Source: Escherichia coli (GTDB lineage Bacteria > Pseudomonadota > Gammaproteobacteria > Enterobacterales > Enterobacteriaceae). From it: DNA of 64,000 nucleotides. Position numbers and translations under genes: made by a program. Of this stretch, positions 19,575-28,864 are shown piece by piece. Where the stretch lies: the NCBI RefSeq assembly GCF_041248615.1, contig NZ_CP158426.1. One strand, 5' to 3'. The notes under the pieces were generated by a model that was not told where the DNA came from, did not search any database, and saw nothing but the letters and a program-made list of their open reading frames with translations. Each line of letters opens with the position of its first letter. Positions within the stretch are counted from its first letter, which is position 1.

Positions 19575-20224
19575 TTCTGTAATCCTTCCCGTTCATCCAG
19601 CAACGCGTTTATCTGGTTCCGCCAGCGACGACATTGTCCTGCGTTGTCGATGATGTTGGCGAGAACGTCACGCTGGGAGACACCCGAATCGCGTAACCGG
19701 GTATCAGCGGTTTCAGGTTGCCCGGTCGCTGCGCCAGTGCCGGTGCCAGCGGTGGCAGTTGCGTCTGAATGACCGGTGTCGACGGATGCGTTGTCATATC
19801 CGAGTGCGGCGTTGTACTGGCGCACGAAACCGCGAGTAAACACGCACTCAATGGGATGGCTCTTACCTTTTTCATCAATCCAGCGCTGTGTGACATCGTT
19901 AATTTGCCCCTGTAGTTGTTTGTTCCGGCTCTCCAGTTGAGCAATCTGCTCAAGGTAACTGGCTTCAGCCCGTTGCCCGGCGGCTACCTGCTCCTGATAC
20001 CGTTTTGCCCATGCTCGCAATGCAGCGTTCTCAAGCATTGCCTGCTCCGTTTTGTATGTGTCGAATGCTGACTGCAACTCACTGATCGCCTTATCGCCGT
20101 TGCGCGTGGCGTTTTCATGCCCGCTTTTGTAGCCCAGGTAATAAAGTCCAATCAGAAAAGCATTTATGAGCACTGCCAGCAGCAGACTGCGCCACGGCAG
20201 ATTTTTTAGCAGGTTAGTCCACAC
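19571..20224 (-). CDS. i-spanin (Rz-like) of the Mu-like lysis cassette
   Basis: 217-aa ORF with N-terminal TM helix and coiled-coil body; a lipoprotein ORF is embedded in another frame. Confidence 0.7.
   Translation of the reverse strand: MWTNLLKNLPWRSLLLAVLINAFLIGLYYLGYKSGHENATRNGDKAISELQSAFDTYKTEQAMLENAALRAWAKRYQEQVAAGQRAEASYLEQIAQLESRNKQLQGQINDVTQRWIDEKGKSHPIECVFTRGFVRQYNAALGYDNASVDTGHSDATATAGTGTGAATGQPETADTRLRDSGVSQRDVLANIIDNAGQCRRWRNQINALLDEREGLQK
19609..19875 (-). CDS. o-spanin (Rz1-like lipoprotein) embedded in the i-spanin gene
   Basis: Embedded ORF with MKKVRAIPLSACLLAVSCAS signal/lipobox and Pro-rich mature region. Confidence 0.65.
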   Translation of the reverse strand: MKKVRAIPLSACLLAVSCASTTPHSDMTTHPSTPVIQTQLPPLAPALAQRPGNLKPLIPGYAIRVSPSVTFSPTSSTTQDNVVAGGTR

Positions 20225-20948
20225 AGCTGCCGCCCCCCCATGTCAGATAACGGGGGGCCAGTTCGTGCAGGATGCGCTGCGGATAATGACGGTTCTCCCG
20301 CCAGCTGGCAGCATTGCGTCCGGCATTCACCGTGGCGACATGTCCGAACCAGCGCTGACTGTCCAGCCCCAGATTTGCGGCGAGCCGCTGGTCACGACGC
20401 ACCCAGCCCGGGCCACCGTTATAGCCCGACAGTGTCATGGCCATACGCTCGCAGTCACTGGCGGCGCTGATGCGCTGCCACAGCCAGCGGTCATAGCTGA
20501 CCAGCGCCCGGATGGCCCATGCCGGATTAAACGGCTCACGACTGCTCAGCGCCGGCATCAACTGGCTTATCCAGTCAGCGGTGGCGGGCATAAACTGCGC
20601 CAGCCCCTGAGCGCCCACCGGCGAGACCGCATCAGGCCGCCAGCCGCTTTCCTGATGCAGTTGCGCGGCGAAATCGGCCACCGGCGCAGACAGCCCCCAT
20701 TCAAGCCGGGCATTACGGATCACATCATCGCGATACTGCAGCGCAGCCTGCGGAGGCTGCGCTGCGCGGGCCTGACTGAAGAAGCCGCCACACCAGAGCA
20801 ACATTGCGACAAAGAATACCCATGCCATATGAACCAGAAAGGTCCCGACACGGACTGACAGGCGTTCGGTTCTGATGAAGACCAGAAAGGCTTCGAAAGC
20901 CAGTTTCAGGGACATGCATACAATCCAGGTGCTCTGTGGCCAGTTCAT
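20214..20948 (-). CDS. Endolysin, lytic transglycosylase (SLT domain) with N-terminal membrane/signal segment
   Basis: 244-aa ORF; hydrophobic N-terminus followed by an SLT-like region (QESGWRPDAVSPVGAQGLAQFMP). Confidence 0.75.
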   Translation of the reverse strand: MNWPQSTWIVCMSLKLAFEAFLVFIRTERLSVRVGTFLVHMAWVFFVAMLLWCGGFFSQARAAQPPQAALQYRDDVIRNARLEWGLSAPVADFAAQLHQESGWRPDAVSPVGAQGLAQFMPATADWISQLMPALSSREPFNPAWAIRALVSYDRWLWQRISAASDCERMAMTLSGYNGGPGWVRRDQRLAANLGLDSQRWFGHVATVNAGRNAASWRENRHYPQRILHELAPRYLTWGGGSCVD

Positions 20949-20950
20949 GA

Positions 20951-21301
20951 TTAAAGCCCCATCGCAACAGCCAGACAGACAGCTGCAACAATCAGTGCAC
21001 GGCGGATTAACGCAGCAGAAAAAACCAGGTGAAGGCCGGTCTGTACGGGCCAGCGCCCCTCAGCCATGAGGCGCTCGTCATGCTTCAGGTACTGCCCCGG
21101 ACGGGCCTTCGGGAAGAGTGAGCGGTCCAGCCAGTAGCCGAGCACGGCGGCGAGGGAGATGAGAGAGAGCTTGTACACCACCACCGGCAACTGCTGGGGC
21201 GAGACCAGCGCGATGATGAGGAGTAGCAGCACGGCCGCAACAAGCCATCCACGCAGGCGGGTTTTTTGTACGTCAGCGATAAGGGAAGTGAATGGTTTCA
21301 T
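20951..21301 (-). CDS. Putative holin (multi-TM small membrane protein)
   Basis: 116-aa ORF with hydrophobic segments, first gene of the leftward late operon, RBS ggaga upstream. Confidence 0.6.
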   Translation of the reverse strand: MKPFTSLIADVQKTRLRGWLVAAVLLLLIIALVSPQQLPVVVYKLSLISLAAVLGYWLDRSLFPKARPGQYLKHDERLMAEGRWPVQTGLHLVFSAALIRRALIVAAVCLAVAMGL

Positions 21302-21432
21302 GAAAATGTCTCCTTGTTGTGTGGAGACAGCATGGCAAAAGCGTGGCGCGGAGGATTTTAAAGCGCGTTAAGAGAGAGGCGTGTTCGGGGTATGCAGAAT
21401 ACACGCTGGATCACTCACAAAGGAGATACAGA

Positions 21433-21981
21433 ATGACAGTCACACCGAAGCCGACCATCACCGTCAGAGTGTCCGGGCCTGTGGGCAGCGGTAAAAGTTA
21501 CGTTCTGACGCGTATAAAAGAGATGGTGAAAAAGGAATTTGGAAAAAGCGTCATTGTCGATGCCGCAGTTGTGGACGACGAGCGTATCTGTCGGACGAAT
21601 GAGCTGCTTCAGGAGCAACTCATGAAGGTGTTACGCAAACTCACCGGTCAGACAACAAAATGTTTTTCAGCCCCGGAGTACGGGATACAGGAACACATCC
21701 CGGTGAACATGCCCCCCGTTAACCAGCCTCCCCGGTTCTTCGACGAATACATTCTGACACCGGAAAATAAAGCTGAGCATGAAGAGATCAAAGCGGCGTT
21801 GTTCCGGGAAATCAGGAAGATTGCTGAAATGCAGCTGGAGGGCGGGCTGGACAGAGTGATGGCGAGAGGAGAATGGGAATCGCTGTTTGAAAGAGTTTCC
21901 CCGGAATTGCTTCCCCTCGCACTGGCTATCGGGATTATGCAGACAGCGGATAAACCTCACTTACGTTCATTAAACACGTAA
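21433..21981 (+). CDS. Small P-loop NTPase-like protein of unknown function
   Basis: ATG at 21433 preceded by aaaggag; Walker A-like GPVGSGKS near N-terminus and possible Walker B VIVDAAVVDDE. Confidence 0.6.
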   Translation: MTVTPKPTITVRVSGPVGSGKSYVLTRIKEMVKKEFGKSVIVDAAVVDDERICRTNELLQEQLMKVLRKLTGQTTKCFSAPEYGIQEHIPVNMPPVNQPPRFFDEYILTPENKAEHEEIKAALFREIRKIAEMQLEGGLDRVMARGEWESLFERVSPELLPLALAIGIMQTADKPHLRSLNT

Positions 21982-22361
21982 CGCATAATCCGGGATACGC
22001 ATTCAGCGATGACTGCATTTTCACCGGTTTTTACTGCATCCAGAAGTGACTCTTTAAATGGTACGGGCCGGGGCTGCAGAAAGGTCGGCATGGCATTGAG
22101 CAGACAGAGCGTTTTTTCCGTGAGGACGACATCAGCCGCTCCCACAGCCAGCAACTGAGAGTAACGAATATAGCTGTTATCCCGAAGCCATATCAGCGTA
22201 TCAATAAAATACCGGCACTTTTTCTGATCGTGATCAACCTGGTCCGGGATATCGAAAAAACCAGAATAAATCAAAACCTGAGGAGCCGGATGCGTGTTCA
22301 GTAATCGGCAGAATATTTTGCCGGTGAGTACATAAAAATCATCATTTAAGGAGTGCATCAT
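21957..22361 (-). CDS. Hypothetical protein (134 aa)
   Basis: ORF in an otherwise uncovered gap, convergent with the P-loop gene; weak RBS. Confidence 0.4.
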   Translation of the reverse strand: MMHSLNDDFYVLTGKIFCRLLNTHPAPQVLIYSGFFDIPDQVDHDQKKCRYFIDTLIWLRDNSYIRYSQLLAVGAADVVLTEKTLCLLNAMPTFLQPRPVPFKESLLDAVKTGENAVIAECVSRIMRYVFNERK

Positions 22362-22575
22362 GAATCCCCGATTAACGTTAACAGAACATCAGCGCCGTGC
22401 CGAAGCAGTGAACAATGTTCTGGAAGATATTATCCGGTTACATCGCGGAGAACTGAGTGTCTGTCGTGCCACTGTTCATTTTCAGGAAATACAAAAGCAG
22501 TTTGATACTTCTGTTTTTGCAGAAGGGATCACTTATGCCCTGGACCAGATAAGGTCAGAAAATCGCCCCGGATAA
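22360..22575 (+). CDS. Hypothetical small protein (71 aa)
   Basis: ATG at 22360 preceded by aaggag at good spacing; upstream of the methyltransferase gene on the same strand. Confidence 0.5.
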   Translation: MNPRLTLTEHQRRAEAVNNVLEDIIRLHRGELSVCRATVHFQEIQKQFDTSVFAEGITYALDQIRSENRPG

Positions 22576-22767
22576 TCCCTAAACCACATTAACAGAAATC
22601 ACTTCATCCCTGCCGCATCATGAAAGAACGACCAGCCCGGTGCTTCGGACCCACCAGGCTGGCCATCGTCCCACAGGAATGCGCTGTGAGCCGACCGGGG
22701 TTCAGTCAGTCTCGCGAGACCAGACTAGCCTGCCATATTTTTAATAATTGTAAAAGGCTTACAGATT

Positions 22768-23532
22768 ATGAAAATGCAGACATTACCCATCGTTCCATGG
22801 ATTGGTGGCAAACGTCGCCTGGCAAAACACATCCTGCCGCTGTTTCCGGCGCATGAATGTTACGTGGAGCCGTTCTGCGGCGCAGCAGCGCTCTATTTTC
22901 TTAAGACACCTGGTAAGCTCGAAGTCATTAACGATATCAATGGTGAACTGGTAAATCTGTATCGGGTGGTAAAACATCATCTGGAAGAATTTGTCCGCCA
23001 GTTCAAATGGGCGCTGGTCAGCCGGCAGATCTACAAATGGCTGCAGATCACCCCGACAGAAACACTGACGGATATCCAGCGTGCAGCACGGTTCTACTAC
23101 CTCCAGAAGCAGGCGTTTGGCGGCAAGGTGGCAGAGCACAGCTTCGGCACCTCCACCACATCCCCGCCACGCTTCAACCTGCTGCGTATCGAGGAAGAAC
23201 TGTCAGCGGCACACCTGCGGCTTTCCAGAACGGTGATAGAACACATGGACTGGCAACAGTGCATTGAGCGCTATGACCGTCCGCACACGCTGTTCTACTG
23301 TGACCCGCCGTATCTGGGTACAGAAGGCTATGGTGTGGATTTTCCTGAAGGGAACTACTCGCGGCTGGCAGAGCTGGCCCGGTGCATCAGAGGAAAGATG
23401 ATAATTTCGGTGAACGACATCCCGCAGATGCGCGAGGTGTTCACTGGACTGAACATACAGACAGTGAACATCAACTACAGTCTGGCAGGCAAATCAACTC
23501 CACGCCGTGAGCTGGTGATCTGCAATTTCTAA
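22768..23532 (+). CDS. DNA adenine methyltransferase, Dam family (orphan, phage-borne)
   Basis: 254-aa ORF with DPPY catalytic motif (FYCDPPY) and Dam-like N-terminus (PIVPWIGGKRRL). Confidence 0.85.
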   Translation: MKMQTLPIVPWIGGKRRLAKHILPLFPAHECYVEPFCGAAALYFLKTPGKLEVINDINGELVNLYRVVKHHLEEFVRQFKWALVSRQIYKWLQITPTETLTDIQRAARFYYLQKQAFGGKVAEHSFGTSTTSPPRFNLLRIEEELSAAHLRLSRTVIEHMDWQQCIERYDRPHTLFYCDPPYLGTEGYGVDFPEGNYSRLAELARCIRGKMIISVNDIPQMREVFTGLNIQTVNINYSLAGKSTPRRELVICNF

Positions 23533-23540
23533 AAGCCATA

Positions 23541-23565
23541 ACCGGAAAGTACAGTGCTTTCCGGT
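23541..23565. terminator. Hairpin between the convergent methyltransferase and repressor genes
   Basis: accggaaag-tacagtg-ctttccggt inverted repeat; no strong U-tract, so a bidirectional stem rather than a classic intrinsic terminator. Confidence 0.4.
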
Positions 23566-23650
23566 AAGCCCGCCGATTTCTGCCATGCTACTGACGGCGT
23601 TTTCTGAAAGCATCCAGATCAACCACCTGTCCTTTCTGTCCAGGTCAGAA

Positions 23651-24043
23651 TCAGCCTGCGAGTTTGCCTGGTTTTGGCTGAGTGAAGACTTTGCCGACGT
23701 CAAGAAATGAACGTTGTTGTTCTCTTGTCATTTTATCAAACGCAGCCACCAATTCTTGCTGATCATGAGAAAGTGGTTTAGTAGGTGGCACACTATCTTC
23801 CGTAAGAAACCTTGAACCGACACCTGTTAATAGCCAATTAATGTTTATACCCAACTGTGTACAAAGTTTTGTTAACCCCACAATATTCGGCTCACGAGCT
23901 CCATTCAAATAGCTTTGCGCAGTACGGTATGGCAGCTCACACGCTTCCGCAAACTCTTTGATAGATTTGATTTTCTTTTCTGTCAAAACTTCCTTCAAAC
24001 GTTCAGCAATACACATTTGCATCTCTTTTATTGCTTTATACAC
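23651..24043 (-). CDS. Phage repressor, HTH XRE/CI-type (c-like)
   Basis: 130-aa ORF with N-terminal HTH (IKEFAEACELPYRTAQSYLNG), transcribed divergently from the early operon. Confidence 0.75.
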   Translation of the reverse strand: MYKAIKEMQMCIAERLKEVLTEKKIKSIKEFAEACELPYRTAQSYLNGAREPNIVGLTKLCTQLGININWLLTGVGSRFLTEDSVPPTKPLSHDQQELVAAFDKMTREQQRSFLDVGKVFTQPKPGKLAG

Positions 24044-24046
24044 ATT

Positions 24047-24064
24047 TGTGTATATAATCTATCA
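24047..24064. promoter_or_regulatory. Candidate operator palindrome in the repressor/early divergent promoter region
   Basis: Perfect inverted repeat TATACACA-TT-TGTGTATA; partial copy acacatttg at 24012-24020. Confidence 0.5.
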
Positions 24065-24104
24065 CATATAACGCAAACATCATTACACCAAAAAGGAGGC
24101 AACA

Positions 24105-24293
24105 ATGACTGCAGACCAGGTCAAAGCCCATTTCCGCCGCAATGGGATCACCTTTACCCAGTGGGCAAAACAGAACAACTACACCAGAGCGGAGGTGTAC
24201 CGCGTTCTGAATGGTCAGGTAAAAGCGAACTACGGCAAAGCCCATGAAATCGCCGTCAAGCTGGGATTAAAAACCATCACTGACGCCGCTTAA
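24105..24293 (+). CDS. Small DNA-binding protein, Cro/Ner-like early regulator
   Basis: 62-aa ORF with RBS aaaggagg; HTH-like segment FTQWAKQNNYTRAEVYRVLNG; first gene of the early operon. Confidence 0.6.
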   Translation: MTADQVKAHFRRNGITFTQWAKQNNYTRAEVYRVLNGQVKANYGKAHEIAVKLGLKTITDAA

Positions 24294-24340
24294 AAAGATA
24301 CAGCATACGAAAAAGATTATCACATATTGAAAAAAGAGGT

Positions 24341-24655
24341 GTGCAGATGAGTAAGACGAATGTTTCAAGCTCCGGCAGTCGCATCCTCCGGGTACTTAAA
24401 GCGCTGCGTGGGCATGCCCTGAACGGTATTTCCAATGGTGAACTGGCAGCAGCACTGCACGAGTCACCGGCGAACATCAACCGGGCACTCAACACCCTCA
24501 TTGAAGAAGGGCTGGCTCTGAAACTGGAGAACGGACGTTTCGCACCGGGCATCCAGTTATTACAGATCGCCATGGCACACACTAATGAGATGGCACGAGC
24601 ACAGGATCGTATTAACGAAATCAACCAACGTGTCATTTCAGGTAGTCGTTTATAA
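24341..24655 (+). CDS. Winged-helix DNA-binding protein
   Basis: 104-aa ORF; wHTH-like segment ISNGELAAALHESPANINRALNTLIEEGL. Confidence 0.5.
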   Translation: MQMSKTNVSSSGSRILRVLKALRGHALNGISNGELAAALHESPANINRALNTLIEEGLALKLENGRFAPGIQLLQIAMAHTNEMARAQDRINEINQRVISGSRL

Positions 24656-24665
24656 GGAGTAATCA

Positions 24666-25583
24666 ATGGGACGTACCAAATCACCGGTTAACACTGAACT
24701 GAGCGTCGAGGTACCGCTGTCGGATGATCTCAACGTCAGCCTGAATGCCATGACACAGCATCGCATGGAGATCATGCAGCAGTTTGGCGATGGTCAGCCC
24801 TATGAGCGCGATCGTATCGTGCATGAAGCTCGCTTTTATATGGCACAGAGCGCTGAGGCTATGCTGGAAGCGGGTAAGCGACTGATTATTCTAAAAGAAA
24901 ATGAACCGCATGGTGATTTCATAAATATCGTCGAGTCTGAATTATCAATGTCGAAGCGTACTGCACAGGTCATGATGCAGGCATCAATAAAATATTTATC
25001 ACCACAACTTGGGTCAAAAGCGCAGACGTTTGCGCTTTTAGGAAAAGCAAAACTATTTGAGTTAATGACGGAAGACGATGAAGACCTTGCCGAACTGGCC
25101 GACGGCGGTACGGTTGCCGGCCTGACGCTTGACGATGTTGATCGCATGTCAGTACGTGAACTTCGTCAGGCCCTGCGCGAAGCGCGCGAAACCAATGCAG
25201 CACAACAGCGTGTTCTAGCCGACAAAAATGAAAAAATCGACTCACTCTCCACCAGGCTGGAGAAAAAATCCCGTATTCAACCGCCTGAGCCTGATGAAGA
25301 GGTGAAGAAGCTGCGGGCGGAAGTGACCGCATTAGCGGTTGAGGCGGAATCTGCCATCGCCGTCCGGCTCTCCGGTGCCTTTGAAACCCTGTGTGAATAC
25401 TGCAGTAAAAACATGATTGATACCCCCAGAGATTTCATGGCCGGTCTGGTCTGCCAGATTGAACGCAGTGTTCATGCATTGCGTGAGACGTTCGACCTTG
25501 ATGCCGCACCATCGGGTAACGATGTCCCCGCATGGCTGACCGAACCGGAGCCTGAAATCAACCGACCGGAGGGCATGCGTTAA
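24666..25583 (+). CDS. Early-region protein (DUF3102-like) of unknown function
   Basis: 305-aa ORF between regulators and transposase, translationally coupled. Confidence 0.5.
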   Translation: MGRTKSPVNTELSVEVPLSDDLNVSLNAMTQHRMEIMQQFGDGQPYERDRIVHEARFYMAQSAEAMLEAGKRLIILKENEPHGDFINIVESELSMSKRTAQVMMQASIKYLSPQLGSKAQTFALLGKAKLFELMTEDDEDLAELADGGTVAGLTLDDVDRMSVRELRQALREARETNAAQQRVLADKNEKIDSLSTRLEKKSRIQPPEPDEEVKKLRAEVTALAVEAESAIAVRLSGAFETLCEYCSKNMIDTPRDFMAGLVCQIERSVHALRETFDLDAAPSGNDVPAWLTEPEPEINRPEGMR

Positions 25584-25900
25584 TGAACACGAATAATACA
25601 CAAAATATCCTGATGGACAGCCCGGAAGCACTGGGGCACGCACTGTGTAATCTGCTGCCGGAGATGGTGCAGGGTTTCCGCGTGGTGACACCTTCCGGTG
25701 AAATCTGCGTACCCGCACAGGAGGCGCATCCGTTTGTACTGACGATGGAAGTGATGCTGATGCAGCAGATAAGACGTCTGCAGCATCAGTCAGCATTGCG
25801 CCCGGCAGTTGCGCCGCAACCGGTAAATAACGTGGTGAAAACCTGCGATGGCGAAACACTGTACGACCTCGCCAGAAAAATTGCCGCCAGAATCGGATAA
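25583..25900 (+). CDS. Hypothetical early protein
   Basis: 105-aa ORF overlapping the previous stop by ATGA-type coupling. Confidence 0.45.
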   Translation: MNTNNTQNILMDSPEALGHALCNLLPEMVQGFRVVTPSGEICVPAQEAHPFVLTMEVMLMQQIRRLQHQSALRPAVAPQPVNNVVKTCDGETLYDLARKIAARIG

Positions 25901-25915
25901 CAGGGAAGACAAGCT

Positions 25916-27685
25916 ATGACCCCGGCACTGACTGAAAAACTTGTTGAAACAGCCCGCGCGGCACGTAATGCAGGGCATGGTAAACGCGGTGCAATATACG
26001 ACGCTGCCTGTGCTGAACTTGGCATGTCCCGCGCCACTCTGCTGCGCAGGCTGAAGGAGGTCTCTGTGACTGATAAACGCAAAAAACGCGCCGATGCCGG
26101 ACGCAGCACCCTGACCCGCGACGAAGCCGCGCTGATATCTGCCACACTACGTGAGGCCACCCGCAAGAACGGTAAGCGTCTCTATTCCATCGCGGATGCA
26201 GTGGAAACCCTGCGGGCTAACGGCTTTATCTCCGCAGGCAGAACAGATGAAACTACCGGTGAGTTTTTCCCGTTGTCCGAAGATGCCATCAGTCGTGCCC
26301 TGCGTAACTATGGCCTGCACCCGGAACAACTGGATGCCCCTGCACCGCATACCGAAGTGGCCAGTCTGCACCCCAATCATGTCTGGCAGATTGACGCCTC
26401 ACTCTGCACGCTTTACTACCTGAGCAATGGACATAAAGGGCTGCAGGTGATGGACAGCGCGAAATTCTACAAGAACAAGCCCGCTAACCTTGCCCGTATC
26501 GCCAGTGACCGCGTGTGGAGTTACGAGATTACCGACCATGCCAGCGGCTGGATTTACGTTGAGTATGTGACGGGTGCGGAATCCGGTGAGAACCTGTGTT
26601 CTGTGCTTATCAACGCCATGCAGGAGCGTGGCGGCGCAGACGTGCTGCACGGCGTGCCAAAAATACTCTATCTCGACCCCGGCTCGGCAAACACCGCGGG
26701 TATGACGAAAAACATGTGCCGCTCACTGGGCATCGACCTGATAGCGCACAAGCCGCATAACGCCCGCGCCACCGGACAGGTGGAAAAGGCGCGTGACATT
26801 ATCGAACGCAAGCTGGAGCCGGGTCTGAAGTTCCGGCCGGTTCACAGTCTGGAAGAACTCAACGCGCTGGCCGCGAAATGGCGCAGCCACTTTAACGCCA
26901 CGGCTGTTCACAGCCGCCACGGTAAAACCCGCACGGATATCTGGCTGAAGATTACTGCTGAGCAGCTGAAAAAAGCGCCTTCCGTTGAGGTATGTCGTGA
27001 ACTGGCTGTGGCGGGACCAGAACTCCGCAAAGTCACGCCAAAACTTCGTGTCTCGTTCCGGGGCACTGAATTTGACGTATCAACGGTACCGGGCGTACTG
27101 GTCGGTGAAAAACTGATGATTACCCGTAACCCGTGGCGCAGCGATGTGGCACAGGTGGTTCTGACCGGTGAGGACGGCCACGAGACGTTCTTCCTGGTCG
27201 AAGAGGTCAGAAAGAACGAGTTTGGCTTTGCTGAAGGCGCGGCGGTATTTGGCGAAAGTTACAAAGCCCTGCCGGAAACCCCGGCGCAGATGGCGGCAAA
27301 AGAAACCGAAGCGCTGGTCACCGGTACAGACAACGCCGCAGATGCAGCTGCCGCACGCAAGGCGAAGGCGCTGCCGTTCGGCGGGCGGCTTGACCCGTAT
27401 AAACATATTGATGACGCCACACTTCCGGCCTGTATACCGAAGCGTGGTCAGGCCTCTGACGTACGCGGACCGCGCACTGAACAGCGTCCCATGACTCATG
27501 TGGAGGCCGCGAAAGCCCTGCGCGGGAAGTTTAGCGCAAACGGCCTGACCTGGACGCCGGAACATTACCGCCAGTTAACAGCACAGTACCCGGACGGCGT
27601 ACCGGAAGCCGCACTGGATGAAGTCATGGCCACGCTGACCACGCCGGCCCGCAGCAGCGTTATCAGCATTGTTAACGGCAACTGA
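25916..27685 (+). CDS. DDE transposase A (Mu-like, rve/integrase-core type)
   Basis: 589-aa ORF; N-terminal HTH, catalytic core with candidate D (WQIDAS), D (LYLDPGSANT) and E (GQVEKARD) residues. Confidence 0.8.
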   Translation: MTPALTEKLVETARAARNAGHGKRGAIYDAACAELGMSRATLLRRLKEVSVTDKRKKRADAGRSTLTRDEAALISATLREATRKNGKRLYSIADAVETLRANGFISAGRTDETTGEFFPLSEDAISRALRNYGLHPEQLDAPAPHTEVASLHPNHVWQIDASLCTLYYLSNGHKGLQVMDSAKFYKNKPANLARIASDRVWSYEITDHASGWIYVEYVTGAESGENLCSVLINAMQERGGADVLHGVPKILYLDPGSANTAGMTKNMCRSLGIDLIAHKPHNARATGQVEKARDIIERKLEPGLKFRPVHSLEELNALAAKWRSHFNATAVHSRHGKTRTDIWLKITAEQLKKAPSVEVCRELAVAGPELRKVTPKLRVSFRGTEFDVSTVPGVLVGEKLMITRNPWRSDVAQVVLTGEDGHETFFLVEEVRKNEFGFAEGAAVFGESYKALPETPAQMAAKETEALVTGTDNAADAAAARKAKALPFGGRLDPYKHIDDATLPACIPKRGQASDVRGPRTEQRPMTHVEAAKALRGKFSANGLTWTPEHYRQLTAQYPDGVPEAALDEVMATLTTPARSSVISIVNGN

Positions 27686-27695
27686 GGAGGGAAAC

Positions 27696-28862
27696 ATGCT
27701 GGTACTGAAGCAGCAACTGAAAGAGGCCCGTATTCCACAGGCGGTGGCGGCGAGAGCTGTCGATGTTTCTGAGGCCACGCTGGCCCAGATTGTGAATCAT
27801 AACGCGTGGCCCCGCACCAGCCCCGGAGAAGTGCGCCGGCGTCTTGCGTCCTGGCTGGAAAGCCAGGGGATTGATACAACGAAGAGTTTTGATGCTGTAC
27901 AGGGCGCGGCCACGCCCCGTACAGCGGATACCACAGATAAAACGAGCCTCAGTGAGGAAGAGAATATGTTACTCAAAAAACAGGTGTTATTTCCAGCAAC
28001 CAAAAAAGCGTTTGGTCTTTTCCGTGACCCGTTCGCCGATGAAGCCATGCAGGGTTCTGATGATGTGTTCACCACCCCGGACATTCGCTACGTGCGTGAG
28101 GCGCTGTACCAGACAGCCCGTCATGGTGGGTTTATGGCCGTCATCGGTGAGTCCGGTGCGGGTAAATCCACGCTGCGCCGCGACCTGACTGAACGTATTA
28201 ACCGCGAGAATGCGCCGGTAATTGTTATCGAGCCATACATCATCGCTATGGAAGACAACGATGTGAAAGGGAAAACCCTGAAGGCAGCAGCTATTGCCGA
28301 AGCCATTATCAGTACCATCGCACCACTGGAAAGCATCAGACGCAGTCAGGACGCCCGCTTTCGCCAGTTGCATCGCGTCCTGAAAGACAGCAGCCAGGCG
28401 GGGTTCAGCCACGTTCTGGTGATTGAGGAGGCCCACAGTCTGCCCATTCCGACACTGAAACACCTCAAACGCTTTTTTGAGCTGGAGTCCGGTTTCAAAA
28501 AACTGCTGTCCATCGTGCTGATTGGCCAGCCGGAACTGGCGACAAAACTGTCTGAACGCAATATGGAAGTCCGTGAAGTCGTTCAGCGCTGTGAGGTGGT
28601 CGAACTTCTGCCTCTGGACAATAACCTTGAAGAATTTCTGACGTTCAAACTGCAACGGGCCGGTAAACAACTGACGGACATTATGGACGCCAGCGCAGTG
28701 GATGCCATACGTGCCCGCCTGAGCAATCCGGGAAGTCATCGTAAAAATATGGTCAGCCTGCTGTATCCGCTGGCCGTCAGTAACCTGGTAATAGCCGCCA
28801 TGAATCTGGCCGCTGAAATCGGGGTTCCACAGGTCAACGCTGACGTTGTCAAAGGAGTTTAA
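27696..28862 (+). CDS. Transposition protein B, AAA+ ATPase
   Basis: Start at ATG 27696 after aggaggg; Walker A GESGAGKST and Walker B VLVIEEAH; directly downstream of the transposase. Confidence 0.8.
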   Translation: MLVLKQQLKEARIPQAVAARAVDVSEATLAQIVNHNAWPRTSPGEVRRRLASWLESQGIDTTKSFDAVQGAATPRTADTTDKTSLSEEENMLLKKQVLFPATKKAFGLFRDPFADEAMQGSDDVFTTPDIRYVREALYQTARHGGFMAVIGESGAGKSTLRRDLTERINRENAPVIVIEPYIIAMEDNDVKGKTLKAAAIAEAIISTIAPLESIRRSQDARFRQLHRVLKDSSQAGFSHVLVIEEAHSLPIPTLKHLKRFFELESGFKKLLSIVLIGQPELATKLSERNMEVREVVQRCEVVELLPLDNNLEEFLTFKLQRAGKQLTDIMDASAVDAIRARLSNPGSHRKNMVSLLYPLAVSNLVIAAMNLAAEIGVPQVNADVVKGV

Positions 28863-28864
28863 TA

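Noticed and set aside
22620-22856. 78-aa plus-strand ORF upstream of and overlapping the methyltransferase start
   Set aside because: Overlaps the better-supported Dam-family gene in another frame and has no RBS; more likely 5' untranslated or promoter region.
27987-28739. 250-aa minus-strand ORF
   Set aside because: Antisense to the AAA+ transposition protein B gene, which has clear Walker motifs.
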